From positions 682,001 to 746,000 of the forward strand of contig JAYWIR010000009.1 of NCBI GenBank assembly GCA_036172245.1: DNA of 64,000 nt, written 5' to 3'. Position numbers and translations under genes: made by a program. The DNA comes from Raillietiella orientalis. Lineage: Eukaryota. The notes under the pieces were generated by a model that was not told the DNA's origin, ran no database searches, and saw only the letters and a list, made by a program, of their open reading frames with translations. Below, piece by piece: positions 13,487 through 24,949 of the stretch; position 1 is the first letter of the stretch; every line of letters starts with the position of its first letter.

Positions 13487-14797
13487 ATGTCCACGTGTTT
13501 TCGAAACTTTGTACATAAGGCGTCCATTTCCACCCTGTATGCTTCCGGCACGCAAGCGATAGCGCAGGCAATGCCAGTCAAGACGCAGCTGGATTTCTCC
13601 TTGATGTTTAGCGATAAGCAAAAGCTAAAGGAACAAATTTCTGTAAGGGGTTTAACAGTTGATGTGGAAAAATTGTCGGCCCAATGGGAAGAGTATGTTC
13701 ATAGTAAAACAACATTGGATGACATGAAAAAACAGCTTTCCAGGATGGAAATGAAAAGAAATCAAGAGTTTACAACGCTGGCAAATAAAACAGCCATGCT
13801 GGAAACAGAAATTATTCCTCAATGCTTATGCCTTCCGAACTTGCTTGATAACAGAACTCCAAGGAATGCAATGGGGACAAACACATGTTTAGTGAGTCAT
13901 TTAGAAAAACCAAAGTTCCATTTCAAACCTAAAAGCTTTGAATACCTGGGAAATAAGCACAGACTTTGGAAAAAGGACACGAGACCATTTCATGTATTTT
14001 TGATGAATGCTGCTGCCCGTTTAGAATTAGACTCAGTGGACCACATGGCCAGATTCTTGAGAAAGCATCAATATAATCAAATATCAGCTCCAGATATGTG
14101 TAAGACAATTATATTAGAGGGAACAACTCAAAAGCTGCATGGTGATGAAGCCTTTGCTCTGCATCCAAAACACAGAAGCAGCATACTGGAGAGCTTTCAC
14201 TTGGCAGGAGCAAGCTCATTACAAGCTTTCTGTGCTTATTTCACAAACAGTACTCTTGCATCACCCAATCTAACCCCTATTAAATTATTTTCTATTGGTA
14301 GGAATTACTGTCCTGGCAGAAGGGATCCAGATTTTGATGACACTTTTTGCCAAGATACATGTATAGATGTGTTTGTATTGGACAAAGACTCCAGTACAAC
14401 AGCATATGAAGAGTGTGTCCAAATGATGATTAAGCTGTACACATGCAAACCAATACATTGTATTGTTGAACAGTTACATGCCCAAAACCTCCATTCCTGG
14501 GAAGCTGCACGCTGTTCTGTAAAAGTATTTCTACCATCCTCAGAACGCTATTTGGAGGCTGCCTTTATATCAGATATGAAGGACTTTGTCAGCCAACGAC
14601 TATACATCAACCATAAAGGAAAGGGGGGAAAAGTATTTCCTCTGTATGCTGTGCATGGGCGTCTCCTGGCATTTAAACTGCTCTTTGCCACCTATATGGA
14701 GGCATCTCAGGATGAAAATGGAAACTGTCCTCTGGTGTCTGATTCTAGTGACTCAAATAATCTATCCTGGCCATGGAATTCAGTTAATGAATATTAA
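13487..14797 (+). CDS. Slimp: SLIMP, seryl-tRNA synthetase-like mitochondrial protein (non-catalytic SerRS paralogue), apparently intronless, 436 aa
   Basis: First in-frame ATG at 13487 (gccATG). ISTLYASGTQA..LDF..RGL recalls the insect SLIMP N-terminus. SerRS-type LCLPNLLD..P, AARLE, ISAPDM and DFVSQRL are present; motif 2 FRxE is replaced by NYCP. Confidence 0.88.
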   Translation: MSTCFRNFVHKASISTLYASGTQAIAQAMPVKTQLDFSLMFSDKQKLKEQISVRGLTVDVEKLSAQWEEYVHSKTTLDDMKKQLSRMEMKRNQEFTTLANKTAMLETEIIPQCLCLPNLLDNRTPRNAMGTNTCLVSHLEKPKFHFKPKSFEYLGNKHRLWKKDTRPFHVFLMNAAARLELDSVDHMARFLRKHQYNQISAPDMCKTIILEGTTQKLHGDEAFALHPKHRSSILESFHLAGASSLQAFCAYFTNSTLASPNLTPIKLFSIGRNYCPGRRDPDFDDTFCQDTCIDVFVLDKDSSTTAYEECVQMMIKLYTCKPIHCIVEQLHAQNLHSWEAARCSVKVFLPSSERYLEAAFISDMKDFVSQRLYINHKGKGGKVFPLYAVHGRLLAFKLLFATYMEASQDENGNCPLVSDSSDSNNLSWPWNSVNEY

Positions 14798-17700
14798 TTT
14801 CTGCTGCATATCAAATCGATTGCCATCTGGACCAAGCAGAGAAATTTGCCCATCTGGTAGCTTAACTTGAAGATAACCAAAACTGTCCAACCCCAAGAGT
14901 GTGGTCTCCAGAATTTGACCCTTTTTGGATACAAAGATAGACTGCCCTCTTCTGGACAAGGAAGCAAAAGAAAGCCGTAAACAACAGTACTGTCTTACTG
15001 CAGTATCCAATGTTTATAGTATTCCTCCCAAACTGCCTGGCTTCCTTTAAGTTGCAGAATCTTCAACAATTTCTCCAGAGACACCAATGTGCAACCTACG
15101 AATTCTTCTACTGACATGCCTTTGGAGACAGCCAAATCCTGGTTGAGTAGACTGTTGATGCAGGTAGTAGGACGCTCATTATCCAAATTCATGCCTATAC
15201 CTACAGGGGACCAATAATGAGAGCAGCATATGAACACTTACCAACATTGAAGACGAAGTTATGGGCATTGCTACTACATTTGACCAGCACTCCACCCAAC
15301 TTTACCTGATCTTTGTAGTAAATGTCATTAGGCCATTTGACATGCAAATCCAACTATTACTTTCATTCTGAGCCAGAGTAGAAAGTGTGTACTCACTGGA
15401 TGTTTGCTTTGCACTGCCTTAACAACAGCTAAGGCTGCTAAGTGCTGCAAAACTGAACCATAGCACCCTAACTGGCTATTTCTACTAGCATGGATTTGCA
15501 CAGAAAACATGGCACAACCACGGGGGCTAAGCCATATGTTATCCTTACGACCTACATAGTAATGAATAAAAGTGAAATACGCTCATAAGGGTTGAAAGAC
15601 CTTTTCCTTGTGTTTGTTGCCTGGTGATAACACATAAGCCATCCCACAAAAGATTTCCTTCTAAAACATCAAAAGTGGATGTAACCACATCACTGTACAT
15701 TAATAATTTGCCTAGTTGTGATGGTCCCAATTCCTGCAACATCTTGATTATTCAGTTGTGACTAAATAGCCTACTTGGAAGAAGGCAGCTTCATCAAAAT
15801 TTGGACAGTGGCAGTGCAGTAGCAAAGGGAAGATTCCATCATCGAATGTATTTGGTATGCAGCCATCTTCAATTAATTGTAACTTCAGATGGGGACGGAC
15901 ATTAAGGAAGGACTTGTCTGCACAATGCTTATCTAGAAATGCTTTCACAATCTAAAATTAATGCAGTTAATTACTGAACTGCAGCCAAACCTCTGACTGG
16001 CCCAGCATATAATAAGGTGTCAGCTTTGGCACAGGAACAGGACAACATGCAATATCCATGCTTTCTAGTAGTATTTTCCATAATTGTAAATATGCATCTT
16101 CAGGAAAACAACATTTCTCTAGGTGAACCTAGGATAAATACAAAATGACTGGAAAAACTAAACTGCTGACTTGACTTCTGAAGTACACATTAACAGCATC
16201 CACGTACTAAGCTTAAAAGCATTTCTCCTCTCTTGACATTGTCTTTTATTTTTAGCAGATGCAAGTCTTCAGTTGTTTCATTAAGTGCTAGCACTTGTGC
16301 AGTGCCATAACTTTGAAGCTATACTTCTCATCAATAATTGAATAAGCCTGTAAATTACTTACAGAAAACTGACCACCTCTTGCTGTCTTCATCTGTGGCA
16401 AAAGTTTGTATTGAATGGGACCTGGGTGTACAGCCACTTTAGTGTGTTCATCATAATCCACAATCACTTCGTTATCCTTTTCACTTGATTCCTAGTAAAT
16501 AATACTGTGATTGTCCTTTGGAGTTAATTTACCAATTCTTTGGTTTCACAAAAACTTATAAGGATTGATGCCAAACTGGAACACACTGAAATAATCTTCC
16601 CTCCTTTCAAGTAATATTTCATGAATACATCTATCAAATGATCGGGTACAATTCCTACGGCTATTAGAAGGCATATATTTTCTTGCCAGGGTTCGGTGAA
16701 CATTTGGTCATATACCAAATCATAAATAACATACCTTAAGTTACTCATCTAAAATGCGACATTTCAATTTTGATAGTATACCTGTTTGTATCGATAACTT
16801 TTTGTAGAACATTGTGCAGAGTGCGGCTTTCCTCAGCATTCCTATTATAAATTATTATATTGGGAGGTTTCATAACCTGCTTTTGGCCACTCATGATGGA
16901 AAAAAGTGCTGTCACATTTAAGTTATTTTTAAGAGGGAATGTGCATCTGAAGGAACTCTGCAAACAGTAATACATGTACACCTGATTTTTATTACGTACA
17001 TCTGTACGGAAAAAAACAAGTCGGTTCGCAATTCAACTTCGAAAACACCACGGCATTCCTAATGCAAGGATGCCAAAACACCGAGCATAAATTTGACGCT
17101 TCTTTAAATTAGTGTTTGAAGAATTAGGAACGATTCGATTTTTCGCCCTCTGTGAATCTGTATTCTTTCTTACTTGTGCCCGAAACTGACTGTTTTGGTA
17201 TGATGACAAAATTTTGTATCTTTGGGGAAGTTCTCCTGGAACTCAAGGAGCAACATTGCAAGACTTCACAATTTGGCAGTTTGTAGCTCTCTATTTGCTA
17301 ACCAATTCGACTGTGTTCGGAAATCATGAAGAACCACGATTAGTAAAACAAAATAGAAATCACTTTGCAGATCATGCATTCAAGAGGATAAAATGTTTAT
17401 GAAAGACATACTCTATGCAGATGTAATCTTCTGTAAAGATATTTTCCGGGTATTCGTAAGAATACTAAGATGTTTAGCCGTGTATTGTTTCAACTTATTG
17501 TATCACTAGGATACGTTACTATGGGCCGATGTAATCAGAGTGCTAGTAAGATCATCCATGGGTGAAAGCTTTGGAGACCTTCAAAGAAACCATACCACAG
17601 TAACAGTAGGAGTAAAGTATTTCAATGTGTACTAAAGTTCAGAAAAGGGTTTCAGGCTTTCGGTTCAACTCTAACATGATATAAACATCTTTCAACACAA

Positions 17701-17917
17701 CTTGAGATTCATATACAACAAATTGGAAAATAATATAGGAGTTGTAAACTCTATCGTTTTTACCGACAAGGTCGTCGAACGAAACTACAACTGGGCCCCA
17801 GCAATGCATCTCCTCCGGATTCTCCTTCGGAAATATCTGCAAGACGAAATGTATTTTAATAAGGTGTACTAAATCCCACGGAAAGCTCATTCTCAAAAAT
17901 CCATGTGTCCGTTTCAT
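14780..17917 (-). CDS. HLCS: Biotin--protein ligase / holocarboxylase synthetase, multi-exon; secure over 14780-16957, 5' extension to ~17917 uncertain
   Basis: Spliced motifs KPPNIIIY, PWQENICLL, YYLKGGKIISVCS, VVTSTFDVL, QTQGKGRKDNIWLSPRGCAMFS, KWPNDIY..KLGGVLV, GIGMNLDNERPTTCIN, GLDSFGYLQV and PDGNRFDM; stop TGA at 14782-14780. Confidence 0.92.
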
Positions 17918-19643
17918 CTTATGTCTTCAAAATTAAATAATCCTGATATTTTTCTAGTAAGAAAAAGTGCTATTTGTTACCTCTAAACACAATCATCTTT
18001 TTAGGAAGCAATCAGTTTTCAAAATAAAAAAAAGGTTTGAAAAAGTGGAAGCCAAAACTGAATAGATTAGATTATTTTTTTTTTAACCTTCAAGAATATC
18101 GTAGAAATGACCCTCCTCTACCAACATTTTGTTTTGTAATCAAGAACCATACTTGTGTAATCTTGATCCCTGATCACAAAACGATATATTGGTAGAGAAA
18201 GGTTATTTCTATGATTGTTTTTAGATTTTATTAAAGGTAAAAGATTAGAAATAAAGACCAGGCTAGTGGAGAAACGAAACATTCTCACTTGGGATTCAGT
18301 TAGACTCTGAATTGATTACATTACTTCTAAAATCAAAAGATTCACCCAAAATTCACCTAAAAAGGAACCAAGCTTGGATCTCAAGGAATGAAATTCCTAT
18401 GCTTGATTTTTGTATGAAAATACTAAAGGAAATATTTGACTTTCTTGGGCGATAACTAGAGAATACCCTTTGGAACTAATCAAGGCCACTGCCTTCGTTG
18501 TGTTCCTTCTTCCGCGGAGGTGTGAAGTGAGGTGTAGGATTAGAAAAATGTAGTGACTGTTTTCAGAAGCTTAGGAATCTGCTTATCTGTAGTGTTTCTC
18601 CGTATGGATAGAGAAAGAAAGGATGCTACAGCATCACCCAGAGAGTTTGTAAGTAGTTTACTATCCCCTTAGCAAATAAAGGTGTTCACAGAATACCTCT
18701 ATTGTCATTTTTACCAAATCCTTAAGGCTAGATGCAAAGCTATGTCCTCTTCCTTGGAGGACATGCTTAAAACTTTGAATTCTGTTGGGATGGTGGTGGG
18801 GGTAATTAATTGGAGCTTGGAACAAGCACATGAGGAAGAAAACCACCCTCATCCCCTCACTGTCCAGCTCAGGGAATCATGGCTTACTTTCATCGCTGGA
18901 TCATCTTACTAGACCGGCATGCTAAACCAATATGTTTGTGACACAGGTAGAATTTTCCTGAAGCTCTTCTGATTAGACAATGTTGTAGGGTTGTCTTGCC
19001 CCGTCACTACCTGATGAGAAGATATAGTAAATAGTCAAGATGGAAGGAAGAGCTTGCAAACTAAATGACTGCTGCATCCCCTTGCCACAAATAAACCTTT
19101 ATAATGACGTGGCAATCAAAACACTTGAGTAGTAAAATACATTTATTGGAGCATCAGATTAAAATCATCTCATTTTAAGACTGTTACCAATTAAAGATTG
19201 AAATTTTTTTGCTTATAGAACCAAGAATTGTACTTTAATTCATTTCTTACTTTTGTAGCATAGAAGTTTGACAATGTAAAAGAAGGAAAGTAAAAGGACT
19301 TACACATCTTTTACTGTGAGGACAGAACAAAAAAGCGCTTTCTTACATGCAATTTATTTTCTTTTATGTTTTTGATCATGTTTTTTGACTATCTCTTGAT
19401 AATTAATTTTAAGGTGCTTCATGCAACTGTTTCTAAACTAATATGCATTTCTTCTCAATCAATATTAGAAATAGTAAAAATTCAAAATTTAGAAATTAAT
19501 TTTCACAAATGCAATAAACAAAAAAGAATGTGGAGTATATAAATGTTTTGTTCATTATCGACTGGCCAGCCCTGGAAATTTCGGACGCCTCGACACCATG
19601 TGTCCGCGTGCAAAGAACACACTAGAGAGCAGACAATCTTCAC

Positions 19644-19836
19644 ATCTTCAGGAACCAACTAGGGAATGCTAGCATCCTCCTGGATGAACTGGGAGAATTC
19701 ATCATTATCTTGGACGAATTAGGAGTTTCTATTGTGTTCTCGGGCAAACTAGGGACCGTCAGTGTCTTCCTGTACGAACTGGAAGCATTGGTCATCTTGG
19801 ATGAACTAGAAGTTTCCAGTATCCTCCTGGATGGCT
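19644..19836. repeat. Diverged ~30-bp tandem repeat, 6-7 units
   Basis: TGGATGAACT-like core recurs at 19651, 19681, 19711, 19741, 19771, 19798 and 19828. Confidence 0.8.
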
Positions 19837-20242
19837 CATTAGTCCCTCTCCAGAAGCATCTCAATGTACCCAGTGACCATTTTCTGGATTTTCCTTGTTT
19901 TGCGTTTAAATAAGACTGATTCTTGAGAGAAAGGGAGAAATAAATGTATTTATTCGACTTAATAGACGTCCTTAATAGATTTTCCATTAAAGCCTATTAA
20001 AATCCACTAAATAGCCTAATGAGTTGATGCTTAAGCAATGAACTGAAATATACAAGCGTATTTGTTTTTCATGGCATACACATTTATAAATCATTATAAT
20101 ACACTTTACTGAATTTTCACTGAATGCATTGCGTTGAATCAAATAATAGATTTCGAAAGTCTGATAGCCATGAGTAGGTTTACGAGAATCGTGTAGTTGG
20201 TTTTCCTGGATGTGGCACGTTTTTTGAAATAGTATTCTTACT

Positions 20243-23224
20243 ATGGTTGTCTCAAGCAAGATTCTGGTGAAGAAAATTGCCAAACGAGAAAAGAAAAAAC
20301 TACAAACTCTTTCCAAAGGTATAGTAAGTGAATATCAAGAATCTCGATCTGAATTACCGCGCCTCGTGATCATAAAGGAACAATGTTCCATCGTAATCGA
20401 AGAGGGCTAAGAGCCAAGCAAAGAAATAATTTAGTAAATAGTGTGGAATTGGTCAATTTTTTGCAGGTAAAGCTGTGGAGCAAGGCGTGTGTGACGTAGA
20501 AAAATCACCTGAAGCCTTAAAAAGGAAAAGTGATTCGGAGACAAGCATACCACGTAAGTTTATATCATAGGCCTTCTGTCATTTTTCTGCTCCATATCGT
20601 GGTTCGCTCTGTTTAGTCTGTTGTAATTTTTATTTCTAACCCGGTTCACCAAGAGGTCTGTGTTAATTTGTTGACCGCTTTATGTGTTTCATATTTGTTT
20701 TTGTGTTCCAGTATGCATGCACGAAAGTGTTTTGTCACATATTTTAAATGCAGTTGGTTTATTCTCCATATTTGTCACTAATTTCTTCCACTTTTTACAT
20801 TTTGTTGTACTTAAGGTGAGAAGAAATCCAAATTGGAACCTGCATCAACAAATTGTGAGGATATAGAGCAACCACAAAGCAATGCTGAAAGCTGCCTCGG
20901 TAATACAACTATTTCAGATCAGTACTTTATATATCTATGATCACTTTCACAATCTAAAATTAATGCACTTCAGTAATTACCTGCATTAATTTTAGATTGT
21001 GAAAACATTTCAAGATAAACATTGTGCAGACAAGTCCTTAATGTCTGTCTCCATCTGACATTACATTAATACTAATATGGTTGTATATACCATGTGTGTA
21101 AACTCAACCACAACCATTCATGCAATGAATGGCCGTGGTTGAGTTGTATTAGTTGTTTCGAAGATAATTCTGTTGCAGTGTAGAGCACAAAAGGCATTTG
21201 TTTTTGCCATTGGGTTCTTAATGTTGTAATTTCTATAACAGTTATGGCTCAAATTGAAGGTTCGCTAACAAGTTCAGTAAATATAGTTCATCTAATGAGT
21301 ACAGCTATGATTTATTTTATTGACAGCAGAAAAAAATAAACATTTTTGTTTCAGTTCCTGATGGGAGCCAGATTGTTTTGCAAGACAAAAGCTTCAAAGC
21401 CTTAGAAGCATTCATATCAGAGAACACCCTGAAAGCTGTTCAAGACATGGGTTTTACTACAATGACAGAGATACAATACAAGGCTATTCCTTTCCTTTTG
21501 GAAGGTAGAGACCTTGTGGGAGCAGCCAAAACTGGAAGTGGAAAGACTCTGGCATTTCTAATACCAGCATTGGAATTGATTTTCAAGCTCAGGTTCATGC
21601 CAAGAAATGGTGTAAAAATCATTCATGCCGAAATAATGCTATTCATATCTTGTTAATAGGAACAGGTTGTATTGTTATCTCTCCAACTCGCGAACTTTCC
21701 ATGCAGACATTTGGTGTTCTAAAGGAATTAATGGTTCATCACAATCAAACGTACGGTCTTATAATAGGGGGCACAGATCGTGCAGCAGAGAAAGAAAAGC
21801 TGCAAAGAGGTGGGTCAGATTGTACAGACTAGAGAGAGTAACTAAGATGCACTAAGGAGTGAACATTGTGGTGGCAACACCAGGTAGACTACTGGATCAT
21901 CTTCAGACTACTACAGGTTTTATGGTGAAGAATTTGAAATGTCTTGTGATTGATGAAGCCGACCGCATACTGGATATTGGCTTTGAGGAAGAGATGAAGC
22001 AAATTCTCCGTCTGCTTCCCAGTAAGATACATCAAAGCATTTGTGAGGTGTATTCTGTGGTTAGAAAACCGTCAGACGATGTTATTTAGTGCCACCCAGA
22101 CGAAGAAAACTGATATGCTGACCCAGTTAGCATTGAAAAAATCACCAGTGTACATTGGAGTTGATGACCACAAGGAACAGGCTACTGTGGATGGCCTTCA
22201 GCAAGGATATGTTGTTTGCCCTTCAGAAAAACGTTTCTTGCTACTCTTTACGTTTCTGAAAAAGAACAAGCACAAGAAACTGATGATTTTCTTTAGCTCT
22301 TGTAATGTGGTGAAATTCTATCATGAGCTTCTAAACTACATTGATCTACCTGTCCAGTGCATTCATGTGAGACCACTTTTTAAAGAGAGTTGTCCTATTG
22401 TTCTTTCCAGGGCAGACAGAAGCAGAGCAAGCGGACATCCACTTTTTTCCAGTTCAGCAATGCTGAATCTGGAACACTTCTGTGTACAGATGTTGCTGCA
22501 CGTGGACTGGACATTCCTGCTGTGGACTGGATTGTCCAGTATGATCCACCAGATGATCCCAAGGTACAAATCCATTGCCTTTCTCATTATTTCACTGAAT
22601 GTGGGTGCAGGAATATATTCATCGAGTAGGTCGGACAGCACGAGGAGAAAATGGTATTGGTAATGCTCTCTTGTTGCTAAGACCAGAGGAATTGGGATTC
22701 TTGGGGTATTTGAAGCAGGCAAGGGTACTTGTCCAAGAATTCGATTTTTCATGGAACAAAGTCTGTGACATTCAGTCTCAGGTAAACCCAGGCTATTTTT
22801 ATGGGAGGAAGTATCCCTGGTTCATACATTGTTTTGTAGCTTGAGCTGCTTATCACAAAAAACTTTTACCTTAATCAGTCTGCCAGGGATGCCTTCAAGA
22901 GTTACGTCCGGGCATACCATTCCCATCATTTGAGAGAGATATTTGATGTCACTTCATTGGATCTCATCAAAGTTGCTAAAAGCTTTGGGTTTTCAGTGCC
23001 ACCTCATGTGGACTTGGGTAATTAGGCTGCAATTGTCATTTTGGCTCTACCATTCCTTATACTGTTTTTTAGGAATCAGTGGTCGCAAGAAAGGTCAACA
23101 AAAGAGGAAAGCTATTCCTTTGCGACCCTGCAAATCTGGTGCTCCATCGCCTGGTCTGGGTGCATGCCACCAGGGCAGGCCAAGCCAGACTTTCAAAACA
23201 GACAGAAGACAATTCAGCAGATGA
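20243..23224 (+). CDS. DDX18: DEAD-box RNA helicase DDX18 / pitchoune / Has1, 11 exons
   Basis: Exons 20243-20318, 20467-20553, 20816-20899, 21355-21609, 21660-21809, 21857-22021, 22065-22366, 22411-22563, 22611-22781, 22840-23017, 23073-23224, all GT-AG and in phase. Motifs [43 protein letters not shown] and HRVGRTAR; family-typical [15 protein letters not shown] and [10 protein letters not shown]. Confidence 0.97.
20945..21070. repeat. HLCS-derived inverted insertion with a 23-bp perfect fold-back inside DDX18 intron 3
   Basis: 20965-21070 matches the reverse complement of ~15875-15982; 20945-20967 and 20982-21004 are exact reverse complements. Confidence 0.92.
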
Positions 23225-24949
23225 ATATTCATATTAGTCATCTTGTCTTGTCAAAACAACTGAAAGAACACCAGGTGGCCTTCAGGAGTTTGGTTCCGTT
23301 TTTTTTTTTTTTTTCAACCAAATGATACTGAAACACTACCCTGCATGCAAAATGTGAACATCAGGCAGGGAACGTTCTGGAAGCAAAATAAATTAATTTC
23401 AGAGGTTTACCACAGTACTTGGATTTTATGTACACTCCTGTGACCTGTCTGGCCTCCTGTGATTTCCTTTGTAGGCAAACGCATAGGAGACCTATAGGTG
23501 GCCTCCGAGAAGAGACACAGAACCAACAGCAAGTAATCAAGAAACTATGCCGAAATATTCGCAAGACTGATTTCTGCAAATGCCCTTTCATTAAAGTGGC
23601 AACAAGAACATTTGTGGCCAAGTTTCCATGCTCACAATTTGATCCTGCACTTCATGTTCTGTGGACAGTAACAAGACATGCACATAAGAATCAGAATCAG
23701 AATGCACCTTGTATGGTTCGTTTCCCTGCTCGCTGGACCAGGCAGTGAGAGAGACCGAGGTTTCCCCCATTGTACGACCTAACCCTACCTCCTGAGTTTC
23801 CACGTCTTCTTTTTTGTTGTCTTGAAGAGTAGATGAGTGTCTATAACCAAAGCCAGAGGTAGCTTGAGAACGAGTTCCAATGTTTACTCCATGGTTGCTT
23901 CCTTGTGTTCCCCCTTTTGGTCGCAGCTACGCAGTGGGAAGTGATTGAACCGGAAGTGACTCCTTGTCCTGACGATTCTGAGACAAAGCGGAAGCTGACA
24001 CTATTGCAAGGCGAGTGGGATTTGATGCCAATAGCCCAGGAAGCTACGGAGAGCCCTGCTGCTTTCCAAGGTTGGCATTTAGCAGCCTTCGGAATCTTCC
24101 TCAAGAGTCGTGCACCTCAGTTCGACGTCCCATCCTCCAGTGTTGGGGAAGCACAATTTTTTGCGACTTCCTTTTTGCCAGCCGCATGTTCTGCGTGTGC
24201 GTGTTTTTTATTGGGTGGGTGGGGTCTTCAGCTCCTCTGACGGTCTTGTTCCTTCTGCCAGTCTTGAAGGCTAGTTGACAACGGAGGAGGAAACGAGGAA
24301 ACTGATTGACGACTATGGTCGAAGATCGAGCAACAGTTCGGCTGTTGATGTCTCTGCCTACTGTGCTGGCAAAAAAGGAAAGAAAACAAGAAGAGAAAAT
24401 ACAGCTTCGAGCGCGGGCTGCACGGGAGCATTCCTGCCGTGAAGACGAGGATCCCCACGGGCAGCGATCCATTGGGTGGTTGAGCGAATGCAAAGCCACG
24501 TGCCAGCAGTTTTTCGTCTTCATGAGGGAAAAGGAACAGGAGGAAAGAGAAGACGAGAGAGAAGAGAAAGGTAAGAAAGAAGACGCAGGGGAAAAGAATT
24601 CATCTCTGCAGTGACTGCTAGTGCAGAGGATGCTTTATAATGGAGGCTTTTTCTTCTCCCCTGACCACTCTTCGGGTTAAGGAAAAAGAAATTTCGACGT
24701 GAGCATGCCCTTGCCCATTTCCCATTTCTTTGTGAAGACCTCTGCCCCATGTGACCTTCAGTGGAATAGGGGTTGACATGCACGCAAGGGAGGAATGGTC
24801 TCTGAACAGAGGCTTACCTGGCGCTCCAAGGCCGTGGACCTCGGTACCTCTTCCTGCTGTGAGCCGCTGTGCTGCCGATGGAGCTGATGACCCACGGTCC
24901 ACGAGGGGGACCGAGGCGCCAGGAAAGATCGCCTTTGCCTTGCCCCCCT

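Noticed and set aside
19644..19836. TAG/TAA aligned with CAG in a QFIQED-like frame, suggesting stop-to-Gln recoding
   Set aside because: SLIMP, NUDT18 and PAAF1 end in TAA or TAG at the expected places, and the varying base is a wobble position in the two open frames.
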